A DNA stretch of 49,029 nucleotides, from positions 1 through 49,029 of the forward strand of contig JBQCJM010000228.1 of assembly GCA_051952715.1 (NCBI GenBank). The letters run 5' to 3'. This DNA comes from Flavisolibacter sp. (lineage in GTDB: Bacteria > Bacteroidota > Bacteroidia > Chitinophagales > Chitinophagaceae). How positions within the stretch are numbered: position 1 is the first letter of the stretch; the number at the start of each line of letters is the position of its first letter. Positions 1 through 10,171 of this stretch are shown here, piece after piece. A program made the translations under genes and the position numbers. The notes under the pieces were generated by a model, which saw only the letters and a list, made by a program, of their open reading frames with translations, did no database searches and had not been told where the DNA came from.

Positions 1-217
1 TGAGAGGAGGAAGTAAAAACTTTTGCAGCGAGTGTTGTTCTATTACGCAGGAGTTTTTAAATAACTCTTTGGTGGCAGGCCGCGAATAAAAGCAAAACTC
101 TTTATCTGTATTGGTCAGTTCTAAATATTTGGCAAGATAGAGGCAATAATAATACAGCCCGGTAAATGGGTATTTCATTCTTTCACAATCAACTAATATT
201 CTTTTGGGCTGCTCCAA
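1..217 (-). CDS. Glycosyltransferase family 4 protein, N-terminal part (runs off the window)
   Basis: Not in the ORF track. The frame is open from TTG at 217 to the edge: LEQPKRILVDCERMKYPFTGLYYYCLYLAK..., a typical Bacteroidota GT4 N-terminus. It lies directly downstream of the FkbM gene. Confidence 0.65.
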   Translation of the reverse strand, partial: MEQPKRILVDCERMKYPFTGLYYYCLYLAKYLELTNTDKEFCFYSRPATKELFKNSCVIEQHSLQKFLLPPL

Positions 218-221
218 TTTC

Positions 222-1016
222 TTATTTTTTTGTGGACTGCATATAAAAACTTCCTTCCTGCACGGGAAGAATTTTGTTTTTATAACCAATAGAAGTTAAA
301 TAGCGATCAAGAGCATCCAGGTTATGCCGGTCGCTATCAATTTGGTGCACTTCTATCACCATCATCTTTGCTTTTATTAACACCGAAGGTTCTGTATTGT
401 AAATGATATCGTATTCGCTTCCCTCGCAGTCTAACTTCAACAAGTCAACCTGGTGTAATCCATGTTCTTGTATTATGGAAGTTAAAGACCGGGCTTCAAC
501 TCTTACTTTTTTATTATTGAGCTGATTGAAGTTTGAAAACACAGATGAGACTACGGTATTTCCTTCTGTATCCTCAGTAAACAGCTCTATATATTCTTTA
601 GGCTCTCCGGTAACAGCTGCCTGGTATAATTTGATGGATTGAAGTATTGGGTTTCTATCAATGGCTTCTTTAAAAAAATGAATGTTGGATGGCATAGGTT
701 CGTAAGCCAGCACCCGTGCTTTATGAATTTTGGAAAATAACAAAATATTAAAGAAGCCTGCATTGGCGCCTACATCAATGATCGCAGGATTGGAAGGAAG
801 CTTTTTTACAAGGTTGTCAATCTCGTAAAAATCTTCCATAAAAATCTCTTTGAAAACCTGGTATAAACTATGCGGTACTTTAAAGTGAATCGGATAAGGT
901 TTTGTGGTAAACTGCAGCGAACGCTTTTTTCTTTCGCCTTTACGAAAAGCATACTCCTGCCAATTGGTAATGTTTTGCAGCAGCCGCTGATATCTTGTTA
1001 TTCCCTTTACAGACAT
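222..1016 (-). CDS. FkbM family SAM-dependent methyltransferase
   Basis: IIDVGANAGFF, AYEP and LLKLDCEGSEY motifs. Confidence 0.9.
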   Translation of the reverse strand: MSVKGITRYQRLLQNITNWQEYAFRKGERKKRSLQFTTKPYPIHFKVPHSLYQVFKEIFMEDFYEIDNLVKKLPSNPAIIDVGANAGFFNILLFSKIHKARVLAYEPMPSNIHFFKEAIDRNPILQSIKLYQAAVTGEPKEYIELFTEDTEGNTVVSSVFSNFNQLNNKKVRVEARSLTSIIQEHGLHQVDLLKLDCEGSEYDIIYNTEPSVLIKAKMMVIEVHQIDSDRHNLDALDRYLTSIGYKNKILPVQEGSFYMQSTKK

Positions 1017-1069
1017 GAATTGTAAATAAAATAGTGGGCCGCAATGTACAAATTAATCAATGCACAAGG

Positions 1070-1981
1070 TTATTGACAAGCGGCAAATTGTTGAATGAAA
1101 TGATACAAATTAAAACCACCTTCCTCCACTCGTTCTTCAATCATGTTTTTAAGTTCACTCTTGTTTACAGTCTTCATTCTTTGCTGTTGAATCAAGTAAT
1201 AAGCTCTTTCGGCCAGCAGCCAAAAATGTTTTTCGTTTATGCTATTTAATTGCAAATGTTTTTCAATTTTTTGAAACAATTCTGCAACGCCGGTTCCTTG
1301 TGCTGCTACTGTTTTCACAATAGGAATTTCTGCGGCATGCGAACGAAAGGCAGGCGCCAGCATCAGTCGCAAATTTTTTACAAAAGAATCAGCATCGGGC
1401 CTGTCGCTTTTGTTCACTACAAAAATGTCTGCAATCTCCATCAGGCCGGCTTTCATGGTTTGCACTTCATCTCCGGCCTCGGGCACTAACACTACCACCG
1501 TTACATCGGCCAGTCCTGCAATTTCAATTTCGCTTTGGCCTACGCCTACTGTTTCTATAATAATGTAATCGAATGAAGCGGCTTTTACCAATTCTGTTAT
1601 TTCTATGGTTTTGGGATGAAGTCCGCCCATGGCGCCACGTGTAGCCAACGAACGAATGAATACATCAGGATGCGTGTACCATTCGCTCATCCTGATCCTA
1701 TCGCCTAATACAGCACCAAGATTAAATGGAGACGAAGGATCTACACAAAGCACCGCTATTTTTTTATTTTTATTGACAATCTGCTGAATCAACACATTTA
1801 CTAAAGTGCTTTTCCCTGCACCCGGCGGCCCTGTTATGCCAATCAGTTTTGTTGCTTTATTTTCAGGAAGCGTAGCTAATAATTGTTCATAACCTTCCTG
1901 CTCATTTTCAACAAAAGAAATGCCTCTTGCCAATGCCTTTGTATCGCCTTTTTGTATTTGATCAAGCAACCGTTGCCACAT
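1070..1981 (-). CDS. meaB: Methylmalonyl-CoA mutase-associated GTPase MeaB
   Basis: GITGPPGAGKST, VDPSSPF..GAVLGDRIRM, ETVGVGQSE, NKSD. Confidence 0.93.
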   Translation of the reverse strand: MWQRLLDQIQKGDTKALARGISFVENEQEGYEQLLATLPENKATKLIGITGPPGAGKSTLVNVLIQQIVNKNKKIAVLCVDPSSPFNLGAVLGDRIRMSEWYTHPDVFIRSLATRGAMGGLHPKTIEITELVKAASFDYIIIETVGVGQSEIEIAGLADVTVVVLVPEAGDEVQTMKAGLMEIADIFVVNKSDRPDADSFVKNLRLMLAPAFRSHAAEIPIVKTVAAQGTGVAELFQKIEKHLQLNSINEKHFWLLAERAYYLIQQQRMKTVNKSELKNMIEERVEEGGFNLYHFIQQFAACQ

Positions 1982-2001
1982 GAAGGATTATTGTATGTTT
2001 A

Positions 2002-2009
2002 CAAATGTA
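2002..2009 (-). promoter_or_regulatory. Bacteroidota housekeeping -7 promoter element for meaB
   Basis: TACATTTG on the minus strand, matching TAnnTTTG, 20 nt upstream of the ATG. Confidence 0.55.
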
Positions 2010-3244
2010 TGAGTATTAGTATAGACAAAAACTTTCGTCAATCACTCATTTTCTTCTCTTTAGTGGCTATGCTCATTGGCTTGTTCGCTTCACGGGTTTT
2101 ACTTTCTGCAAGCATGTTATTCTTTCTGGCATTTTGCATTGTACATAAGGCATTTTGGCAACATTTAAAATGTTTTTTCAACGACCGGCTTTTGGTGGGT
2201 ATTACGTTATTGTTTTTCATTCCATTTATTTCGGGCTTATGGAGCGATAATAAAAATGAATGGCTTGATTTGGTTCGCATAAAATTGCCATTGCTTTTCT
2301 TTCCTGTTGCTTTTGCAGGCAGCTGGCAACTTTCGAAAAAGCAATGGCTGCAACTTGCACTTGTTTTTTTGCTTTTGGTGCTTTTGGGAGCGGTGTGGAG
2401 TTTATGGCAATATCTACAAAATACACAGGCCATACAGGAAGCATATCTCAAAGCCAAAACACTGCCTACGCCGTTAGAAAACGATCATGTTCGTTTTAGC
2501 TGGCTGGTATGCATAGCGGCCATTGTTTGTGTCTATTTGATAGAAAAAATAAAATTAAAAACGATAAGGCTTCTGCTTGCCTGCCTGTCTTTTTTCTTTG
2601 CCGCTTATTTGCATATTCTTTCTGCACGAACGGGTCTGTTTAGCTTATACATTTTTGGAGGACTATTTGTGTTGCGATGGCTGCTCTCTAAAAAAAATCA
2701 GCAACCTGCTTTTGTTGTGTTGTTTCTGATTTTATTAATGCCACTCATAGCCTGGTTTTTCTTTCCTACTTTTCAAAACCGTATCCGGTACATCGTTTAC
2801 GATTTTTCTTACATAAAAAAGGATGCTTATTTACAAGGCGCCAACGATGGTAACAGAATACTTTCTTTAAAAGCAGGCTGTAATATTTTACAAAAACATC
2901 CTTTTGGTGTAGGTGTCGGTGATGTTTTTACCGAAACGAAAAAGTGGTATGAAATTCATGTTCCGCAAATGATTGAAACGGACAAAATTTACCCTGCAAG
3001 CGAATGGTTGATCTATGGTGATGCTGCAGGATGGACAGGCTTTTTTTTATTTACGCTGGTGATGCTCTTACCCGTGTTTGAAAGAAAAAAGAAAAATGCT
3101 TTTTATTGGCTATCTGTAAATGCTGTTGCTGCTTTTAGCTTTTTGTTTGATATAGGGCTGGAGGTGCAGTTTGGTGTTTTCATTTATCTTTTTGTCATTC
3201 TTTGTTGGTGGAAGCAGGCACAAAAGGAAGCCAACGTTGTCTAA
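2009..3244 (+). CDS. O-antigen ligase (WaaL/Wzy_C) family membrane protein
   Basis: Many TM helices, LHILSARTG, R..SLKAG...I.KHPFGVGVGD. Start uncertain (ATG 2009 or 2069). Confidence 0.75.
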   Translation: MSISIDKNFRQSLIFFSLVAMLIGLFASRVLLSASMLFFLAFCIVHKAFWQHLKCFFNDRLLVGITLLFFIPFISGLWSDNKNEWLDLVRIKLPLLFFPVAFAGSWQLSKKQWLQLALVFLLLVLLGAVWSLWQYLQNTQAIQEAYLKAKTLPTPLENDHVRFSWLVCIAAIVCVYLIEKIKLKTIRLLLACLSFFFAAYLHILSARTGLFSLYIFGGLFVLRWLLSKKNQQPAFVVLFLILLMPLIAWFFFPTFQNRIRYIVYDFSYIKKDAYLQGANDGNRILSLKAGCNILQKHPFGVGVGDVFTETKKWYEIHVPQMIETDKIYPASEWLIYGDAAGWTGFFLFTLVMLLPVFERKKKNAFYWLSVNAVAAFSFLFDIGLEVQFGVFIYLFVILCWWKQAQKEANVV

Positions 3245-3296
3245 AATAACTTGCACTAAGTAAAAAGAATGTGCACCATCTTTGCAGGAATTTTGC

Positions 3297-3938
3297 ATGA
3301 CAAATTTTATTCCCATATTTCCTTTAGGCATTGTAGTGTATCCTGGCGAAAGCCTGAACCTGCACATATTTGAGCCGCGTTATAAGCAATTGATCAGCGA
3401 ATGTTATACTGAAAAAAAATTTTTTGGCATTCCTGCAGTTATTGATAACCGCATCCAGGACTATGGCACAACGGTTCGCATTACAGAAATAACAACCGTA
3501 CACGACAATGGCGGAATGGATATAAAAACCGAAGGCGAAAAAGTTTTTCGTGTACTGGAAGTGATCAAAGAAATTCCTGAAAAACTTTATAGTGGTGCTA
3601 TTGTAAATTATCCCCCTAATCATGAACACGGCAGCGCAGAAGTGATGCGTCGTGTGGTTAACAGCATTCGTGAATTATACAAACTGCTGAAAGTGGAAAA
3701 GGATTTTAAGAAAAATGACGAAGAATTGAATACTTACGATATTGCCCATCACGTGGGCATGTCACTTCAGGAAGAATACGAATTGCTTGGGCTTATGCAT
3801 GAAAGACAACGCCAGGAATATTTGAAAAGACATTTAACCAAAGTAATTCCTCTGGTTGCAGAGATGGAATCGTTAAAAGAAAAAGTAAAACTGAACGGGC
3901 ATTTTAAAAATTTGTCTTCATTTAATTTTGAGAAGTGA
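3297..3938 (+). CDS. LON peptidase substrate-binding domain protein
   Basis: IPIFPLGIVVYPGESLNLHIFEPRYKQLI; ATG at 3297. Confidence 0.88.
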   Translation: MTNFIPIFPLGIVVYPGESLNLHIFEPRYKQLISECYTEKKFFGIPAVIDNRIQDYGTTVRITEITTVHDNGGMDIKTEGEKVFRVLEVIKEIPEKLYSGAIVNYPPNHEHGSAEVMRRVVNSIRELYKLLKVEKDFKKNDEELNTYDIAHHVGMSLQEEYELLGLMHERQRQEYLKRHLTKVIPLVAEMESLKEKVKLNGHFKNLSSFNFEK

Positions 3939-4352
3939 ATAGTCAATAGTGAATAACTTACCTGAAAATAGTTTATGTTTCTGCAATTAAACCACCAAAG
4001 ACTTGAAGTATTTAAAACTTCCCGGAAGTTTGTTTTAGAATGTTACAAGTGTAGAAAAGAGTTTCCTTCAGACGGAAAATTCGCAATGATATCACAGGTT
4101 AGGAGAGCCGCATTATCTGTTCATTTAAATATTGCTGAGGGTTGTTCAAGAAAATCATTGGCAGAAAGAAAAAGATATTTTGAAATTTCAAGGGGCTCAC
4201 TAATTGAAATTGATGCTGCCTTAGAAATTGCAGTTGATTTAAAGTATGTAAGCCAGCAAAAATTAAATGATCTTGGAGAATATATGGTAGGCCGCTTTAA
4301 AATGCTGTCGTCGTTGATATTAGAAAAAGGCACTTCTTAATTCACTATTCAC
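3935..4352. repeat. Inverted heptamer arrays flanking the four-helix-bundle gene
   Basis: Left arm GTGAATA GTCAATA GTGAATA (3935-3955); right arm AATTCAC TATTCAC (4339-4352), the reverse complement of the left units. Confidence 0.75.
3975..4340 (+). CDS. Four helix bundle protein (23S rRNA IVP / bAvd-like family)
   Basis: L.VF..S, FP, SQVRRAALSVHLNIAEG.SR, FEISRGSL.E signature. Confidence 0.9.
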   Translation: MFLQLNHQRLEVFKTSRKFVLECYKCRKEFPSDGKFAMISQVRRAALSVHLNIAEGCSRKSLAERKRYFEISRGSLIEIDAALEIAVDLKYVSQQKLNDLGEYMVGRFKMLSSLILEKGTS

Positions 4353-4353
4353 C

Positions 4354-5079
4354 ATGACTTCCCTCTGCTTAGACTTTGGCAATACACGATTGAAAGCAGC
4401 TTTGTTTGAAGAAGCGCAATTAAAACAAATAATTGTATTAGATAAAGATCCGTTTGAACATCTACAGCAAATTATAAGTGAACATTGCCCTGAACAATCG
4501 ATTCTGTCTTCTGTAATAGATCATGAAACGACAATTGAAGAATTGCTTTCTTCTAAAACAAAATTTCATAGGCTTAGTAATGCATCAAAGCTGCCTTTTA
4601 CCATTCCTGTTGGCAAGCCTGAAACAGTTGGTGCTGACCGTTTAGCAATTGCAGCAGCTTCGGTATTTTTATTTCCGCATCAAAATAATTTAGCTATTGG
4701 CCTCGGTTCCTGCGTTACATTCAACTTTATCAACCAGTTTCACAAACTGTTGGGCGGCTCTATCTCGCCAGGCATGAAAATGCGTTTCAAATCCATGCAT
4801 CATTTTACAGCCAAGCTTCCGTTGGTGAATGCAGATTGGAATGTGCCACTCATTGGATATGATACCAAAACCAATTTGCAGGCCGGCGTAGTATTGGGTA
4901 TGGCAAAAGAAATTGATGGTATCATTGATTTGTATGCAGAAAAGTTCAGCAACTTTAACGTGCTTTTAACCGGGGGGGATATTGGAATATTTCAGCCCCA
5001 TTTGAAAAATAAGATATTTGCAGACCCTGATTTAATTTTTAAAGGTCTGTATGCAATTAGCCAAATCAATAATGCTTAA
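4354..5079 (+). CDS. coaX: Type III pantothenate kinase
   Basis: LDFGNTRLK, GADR, GGSISPG, LTGGD. Confidence 0.93.
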   Translation: MTSLCLDFGNTRLKAALFEEAQLKQIIVLDKDPFEHLQQIISEHCPEQSILSSVIDHETTIEELLSSKTKFHRLSNASKLPFTIPVGKPETVGADRLAIAAASVFLFPHQNNLAIGLGSCVTFNFINQFHKLLGGSISPGMKMRFKSMHHFTAKLPLVNADWNVPLIGYDTKTNLQAGVVLGMAKEIDGIIDLYAEKFSNFNVLLTGGDIGIFQPHLKNKIFADPDLIFKGLYAISQINNA

Positions 5080-6430
5080 GAGTTCGGCAATGGGTTTGAA
5101 AGCATTTTTTTCTATCAGTTTTCTTTCCGTAGTAACCCTTGCATCGGCGCAGGGCAACTCTCCTTATTCACGTTATGGATTGGGCGATGCTTTTCCTTCA
5201 ACCAACATTACTACCCGCAGCATGGGCGGCATTTCTGCAGGCTATGCAGATATTCTTTCTGTGAATTTTGATAATCCTGCTTCTTATGCCTCTTTTTATG
5301 CAGCACAGGAGCAAAAATCAAAAAAGCTGGCAGCTGGTCGTGTGGTTTTTGATGCCGGTATCAGTTTCAATAACCGTACGCTCATTGCACCCAATACTAC
5401 CGAACGTTTTACTTCTTCTGACCTTTATTTTTCTTACCTGCAGGTGGGCATTCCGTTAAGAAAAAACTGGGGGCTTAGCTTCGGCCTTCGGCCACTCAGC
5501 AGAATTGGTTATAAGATCAATCGTTTCGAAAGACTCAAAGATCCCATCAGCGGGATGGATATTGATAGCACCACAACGCAGTTCAGCGGTGATGGCGGTA
5601 GTTACCTGCCTTCTGTAGGTACTGGTTTTGGCTTTGGAAATTTTAGTGCAGGCATTAATGCCGGTTATATGTTTGGCAACAAAGACCTTAGCACAAAAAG
5701 AGTGTTTATCAACGATTCGGTTGCCTATCATTCGTCAGAACATGCTACCACTTACTCTTTCGGAAGCTTATTTTATAATGTAGGCATTCAATACCGTATT
5801 GACCTGAAGCATGGCAAAAACCTTAGACTGGGCGTAGCAGGCAATTGGAAACAAACGATCAAAGGCTCGCAGGATGTTTTACGGCAAACGTTTGCATTTG
5901 GATCGGCAGGAGAAACCTTGCAAATAGACAGCGTTTACCAACAGAACGATGTAAAAGGTGAAGTAATTTATCCTTCCACTTATACAGCCGGTTTTGTTTA
6001 CACTGCTTATAAAAATGACGGTCGTGGGTTTTTATTTGGTATTGATCTTACTAAGAGCAAATGGAGCGAGTACCGCTTTTTTGGTCAAAAAGATTCTGTG
6101 CAGGATAGCTGGAAAATAGCTGCAGGCGGGCAAATCAATCCAAAGCCCGGAACAAATTATTTTAGCAATGTAACCTACCGCTTTGGCTTTTCTGTAGGTG
6201 ACGATTATATAAAAGTTCAAAAGAACCTGCCAACCTTTGGCGCTTCCTTTGGCATGGCGCTGCCTATACGCAAAAGCGCCTTTGCACTGAATCAATACAA
6301 TGCCATTAATCTTTCTTTCGAATTCTTAAAAAGAGGAAATAGCGATAATGCCCTCAAAGAAAATATGTTTCGTTTTTCATTGGGTTTCAACTTAACCGAT
6401 CTTTGGTTTGTGAAAAAGAAATATGAATAA
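5072..6430 (+). CDS. Outer-membrane beta-barrel protein (FadL/PorV-like), conserved downstream of coaX
   Basis: Signal peptide, NSPYSRYGLGD, NPASY, alternating beta strands, C-terminal W-F-x-K-K-K-Y-E. Start 5072 or 5090. Confidence 0.7.
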   Translation: MLKSSAMGLKAFFSISFLSVVTLASAQGNSPYSRYGLGDAFPSTNITTRSMGGISAGYADILSVNFDNPASYASFYAAQEQKSKKLAAGRVVFDAGISFNNRTLIAPNTTERFTSSDLYFSYLQVGIPLRKNWGLSFGLRPLSRIGYKINRFERLKDPISGMDIDSTTTQFSGDGGSYLPSVGTGFGFGNFSAGINAGYMFGNKDLSTKRVFINDSVAYHSSEHATTYSFGSLFYNVGIQYRIDLKHGKNLRLGVAGNWKQTIKGSQDVLRQTFAFGSAGETLQIDSVYQQNDVKGEVIYPSTYTAGFVYTAYKNDGRGFLFGIDLTKSKWSEYRFFGQKDSVQDSWKIAAGGQINPKPGTNYFSNVTYRFGFSVGDDYIKVQKNLPTFGASFGMALPIRKSAFALNQYNAINLSFEFLKRGNSDNALKENMFRFSLGFNLTDLWFVKKKYE

Positions 6431-6995
6431 GCATTTTGTTTATACATTTTTAAAACAGGCAGCTTTTCTATGGGGCTGCCTGTTTGCTTTTGGCTGCGAA
6501 AACTCGCAGCGTTCGCTAAACGAGTGGCGTGAAAAAAAAGCTATGGTGGAAGAAGCTACAAATGTCCAATCCATTTTTAGTCAGGGTGGAAAATTGAGGT
6601 CAAAGCTGACAGCGCCGCTAATGCTTCGTTACAGCAGCGATACGATTTATGTTGAATTCCCCAAATCGCTCCGGATGATTTTTTTTGACAGTGTGGGTAA
6701 AGAGCAAAGCCGTCTTGATGCCCGCTACGGAAAATATTTTGAATCGCTTAATAAGGCCTATCTCCGTGATAGTGTAGTGGTGGCCAATGTTTCCGGCGAT
6801 ACTTTATGGGCACCTGACCTGTGGTGGGATCAAAACGCTCAAAAATTTTATACGGATAAACCCGTACGCATTTACCGCCATGGCGACCGTATTTATGGCG
6901 GCAAAGGATTAGAAGCGCAACAGGATTTAACCAATACCATTATCAAAGAACCTACGGGCACTTTTATGGTGCCCGACAGTTTAGCTGTAGAATAA
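6423..6995 (+). CDS. lptC: LPS export ABC transporter periplasmic protein LptC
   Basis: Lipobox-like AFGC, EFPK, L.WDQ..QKFYTDKPV as in Bacteroidota LptC. Confidence 0.8.
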   Translation: MNKHFVYTFLKQAAFLWGCLFAFGCENSQRSLNEWREKKAMVEEATNVQSIFSQGGKLRSKLTAPLMLRYSSDTIYVEFPKSLRMIFFDSVGKEQSRLDARYGKYFESLNKAYLRDSVVVANVSGDTLWAPDLWWDQNAQKFYTDKPVRIYRHGDRIYGGKGLEAQQDLTNTIIKEPTGTFMVPDSLAVE

Positions 6996-7192
6996 TAATT
7001 TTTTACCGGCTTTGATATCACTATCATCTTTCGTTGTGTCACTCACTTCAGCGTTCGGTAATTCTTAGCAACATAGAGGGCAGCAATAGTAAAGCGATCG
7101 TCTGGTTTTCCTGGTTTTCAATTCTCAGCAGTTAGTGCACAAATTTTTCTCAATAACTTCATGCCTCATTTCTTAACCAATAAATTATAGCT

Positions 7193-8182
7193 ATGGAATA
7201 CAGGAGGATGGGTAAAACAGGTTTGCAGCTAAGCGTTTTATCGTATGGCAGTTGGGTTACTTTTCACAAACAAATTGACGACAGTATTGCCGATGAATTA
7301 ATGAGCATTGCTTATGACAATGGCGTTAATTTTTTTGACAATGCTGAAGTATATGCTCTGGGAGAAAGTGAAAGGCTGATGGGCCGTGTGCTAAAAAAGA
7401 AAAATTGGGACCGTACCTCTTACACGGTGAGCAGCAAAGCTTTTTTTGGATGGAGAGGAAAGGCAAATAAACCCAATCAAACGGGGTTAAGCCGTAAACA
7501 TTTGATGGAAGCCTGTCACGAAGCTTTACAACGCTTGCAGGTTGATTATCTTGATATTTATTTCTGTCATCGGCCTGATAAAACAGTGCCTATTGAAGAA
7601 GTTGTATGGACAATGAACATTTTAATGCAACAAGGAAAAATTTTGTACTGGGGAACCAGTGAATGGAGTGGTGTAGAAATTATGGAAGCCCATCATGTGG
7701 CAGCACAATACAAATTGATTGGCCCTTCTGTGGAACAGCCACAATACAATTTGCTGGAAAGAAATAAGATGGAAAACGAGTTTGTTTCCATTTTCAATAC
7801 AGTGGGTATGGGCACTACCCTCTGGAGTCCATTAGCAGCAGGCTTACTAACCGGAAAATATAATAATGGTATTCCTGAAAATAGCCGCTTTGCACTGGAA
7901 GGCTTTGACTGGCTGAAAGACCGCTGGATGGTTGAAGACAAGATCAGTAAGGTGCGCCAGTTGGGTGAAGTGGCGCAAGAATTAGGCACCTCTTTAGCCA
8001 CACTTGCTATTGCCTGGTGTATTGCTAATCCAAATGTAACCACGGCCATTTTAGGTGCTACCAAAAAAGAGCAATTGCTGGAAAATTTAAAAGCGTTGGA
8101 GGTGTTGCCAAAGTTGAATGCCGAAGTGCTGAAGCGTATTGACGATGTTATCCAAACAAAACCAAAACGAGCGGAATTTTAA
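7193..8182 (+). CDS. Aldo/keto reductase (Kv-beta subfamily)
   Basis: MEYRRMGKTGL, FFDNAEVY, YWGTSEW, WSPLAAGLLTGKY. Confidence 0.92.
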   Translation: MEYRRMGKTGLQLSVLSYGSWVTFHKQIDDSIADELMSIAYDNGVNFFDNAEVYALGESERLMGRVLKKKNWDRTSYTVSSKAFFGWRGKANKPNQTGLSRKHLMEACHEALQRLQVDYLDIYFCHRPDKTVPIEEVVWTMNILMQQGKILYWGTSEWSGVEIMEAHHVAAQYKLIGPSVEQPQYNLLERNKMENEFVSIFNTVGMGTTLWSPLAAGLLTGKYNNGIPENSRFALEGFDWLKDRWMVEDKISKVRQLGEVAQELGTSLATLAIAWCIANPNVTTAILGATKKEQLLENLKALEVLPKLNAEVLKRIDDVIQTKPKRAEF

Positions 8183-8244
8183 TAAACGGATTTTTGATAA
8201 TTGTTGTCGGTAACAATCATCAAATGGAAGTTGTAATTTGTTGC

Positions 8245-9075
8245 ATGAGCGATTCTATTTTAAAAGGCCGCAATGTTTTCATTACCGGTGGAAGCCGCGG
8301 CATTGGCAAGGCCATTGCGTTGCGCCTGGCTAAAGAAGGCGCCAACATTGCCATTGCCGCTAAAACTACAGAGCCGCACCCAAAGCTGGCGGGGACAATT
8401 TACAGTGCCGCGATAGAAATAGAGGCGGCTGGTGCAAAAGTGTTGCCCTTGCAATGCGATATCCGTTATGAAGAGCAAATAGAAGCGGCAGTTGAGAAAA
8501 CCGTAAAAGCTCTTGGAGGCATTGATATACTCATCAACAACGCCAGTGCCATTAACCTTACACCAACAGAACAAACAGAACCAAAGCGTTTTGATTTGAT
8601 GCACGACATACAGGTGCGGGGAACATTTTTTATGAGCAAAGCATGCATTCCCTATTTGAAAAATTCTACTAATGCACATATATTGAACCTTTCGCCGCCC
8701 TTGAATTTGAATCCTAAATGGCTGGCACAGCACTTAGCCTACACTATGAGTAAATATGGCATGAGCATGATTGTCTTAGGCTTGGCTGAAGAGTTAAAAA
8801 AACATAAAATTGCTGTCAATGCTTTGTGGCCGCAGACAACCATTGCCACAGCCGCCGTGCAAAATTTATTGGGTGGCGATACGCTGGTACGAATGAGCCG
8901 AAAGCCGGAGATTGTGGCCGATGCCGCATTTTACATTTTGTCTAAACCGTCGGCAACATGCACCGGCAATTTTTTTATTGATGAGGAGGTGCTAAAAAAA
9001 GAAGGCGTAACCGATTTTGAAAAATATGCCGTTGATCCTACACAAAAATTAATGAAGGATATTTTTTTGGATTAA
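8245..9075 (+). CDS. SDR family NAD(P)-dependent oxidoreductase (HSDL2-like)
   Basis: TGGSRGIG, NNAS, YTMSK; ATG at 8245. Confidence 0.9.
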   Translation: MSDSILKGRNVFITGGSRGIGKAIALRLAKEGANIAIAAKTTEPHPKLAGTIYSAAIEIEAAGAKVLPLQCDIRYEEQIEAAVEKTVKALGGIDILINNASAINLTPTEQTEPKRFDLMHDIQVRGTFFMSKACIPYLKNSTNAHILNLSPPLNLNPKWLAQHLAYTMSKYGMSMIVLGLAEELKKHKIAVNALWPQTTIATAAVQNLLGGDTLVRMSRKPEIVADAAFYILSKPSATCTGNFFIDEEVLKKEGVTDFEKYAVDPTQKLMKDIFLD

Positions 9076-9079
9076 TTGT

Positions 9080-9117
9080 TTACAGACTTCGGGCTTTAAA
9101 ATTTTTGAAGTCTGTAA
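9080..9117. terminator. Palindrome between convergent genes (bidirectional terminator or REP-like)
   Basis: TTACAGACTTC (9080-9090) / GAAGTCTGTAA (9107-9117), 11-bp perfect stem. Confidence 0.6.
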
Positions 9118-9120
9118 TGG

Positions 9121-9990
9121 TTAAATGAGCGTATAATTATTGTGGTCGAAAGGCCGCTTGCCTGTAATTTTTTCAATAAGGTTTTTAAATTTTTCCTTAG
9201 GCTTTAATTTGTTATAGGCAAGGTCGTGTTCAAATTTCCAGTTCATTTGCCGGATGCGTGAATACATGACTTGCGGATGCGTACCCTTGAATTTTTCCAG
9301 CGCATCTATTTTTGAATAATCAAACTTTCCAACATACAGTTTTTTTGAAAAGTCTATTTCGCCTTCATAATAATTTCCAAAGTTGTATTGTTTGGCATAC
9401 ATCACATCGGGTTCTCTTACCCATCCGTAATGGTGGATGAATGCGTTAATTGGTTTTACTTTTAGTTTTTCATTATTGCCTTTGCGAAAACCCTGTGCAT
9501 CTTTATAGGAGTAAATACTTTTATCGTTTTTGATAATGCGTATTTCGTTTTTATACCAACGCGACGCAATGCCTGTATAATCAAAAGAGCCATAGAAATG
9601 CCGGTACTTAAATAAAAGCCCATCCACTTCTTTATGGTCTTTCCATTGGCGCATGGCTTTTTCAATTTCTGCATAGCCATCCTCATGCACTACTTCATCG
9701 CCTTGTATGTAAAAGCACCAATCTGTATCGTTGCTTATCGCTTTAAACGCTTTGTTTGTTTCCTCGGCCAGCACTTTGCCACCTTCCTTTAAACTTTCAT
9801 CCCAAACCGTATCAATAATTTTTATTTTGTTGGGATGAACAGAAGCTACCAGTTCACGTGTGTCGTCATCCGATTTGCCGACGGCTACTATAATTTCATC
9901 GCAAAGCGGCAAAATAGATTGCAGTGCTTCTACAATGGGATATTGATATTTTATTGCGTTCTTAATAAGAGAAAATCCGGTTACTTTCAT
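9121..9990 (-). CDS. Glycosyltransferase family 2 protein
   Basis: SILPLCDEIIVAVG.SDD.T, YIQGDE, HYGWVR. Confidence 0.85.
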   Translation of the reverse strand: MKVTGFSLIKNAIKYQYPIVEALQSILPLCDEIIVAVGKSDDDTRELVASVHPNKIKIIDTVWDESLKEGGKVLAEETNKAFKAISNDTDWCFYIQGDEVVHEDGYAEIEKAMRQWKDHKEVDGLLFKYRHFYGSFDYTGIASRWYKNEIRIIKNDKSIYSYKDAQGFRKGNNEKLKVKPINAFIHHYGWVREPDVMYAKQYNFGNYYEGEIDFSKKLYVGKFDYSKIDALEKFKGTHPQVMYSRIRQMNWKFEHDLAYNKLKPKEKFKNLIEKITGKRPFDHNNYTLI

Positions 9991-10171
9991 GCGTTTCTGA
10001 TAAAGAGAGGAAGGACTATTGAAAATGATTTCTTGCTTTTATTGCTGAGCAAAAATTATTTAGGCTGGAAAGATAAGAAGAAGAAATTTCACGAATAATC
10101 ATCGTTATTGTTATACACGAGTCTGGTTCTACTGCCTGAAAAGGTGAGTAACTTTGAGTAAATTAAAGAAG

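Noticed and set aside
3975-4340. Diversity-generating retroelement, suggested by the Avd-like fold
   Set aside because: No reverse transcriptase and no template/variable repeat pair were seen in the window.
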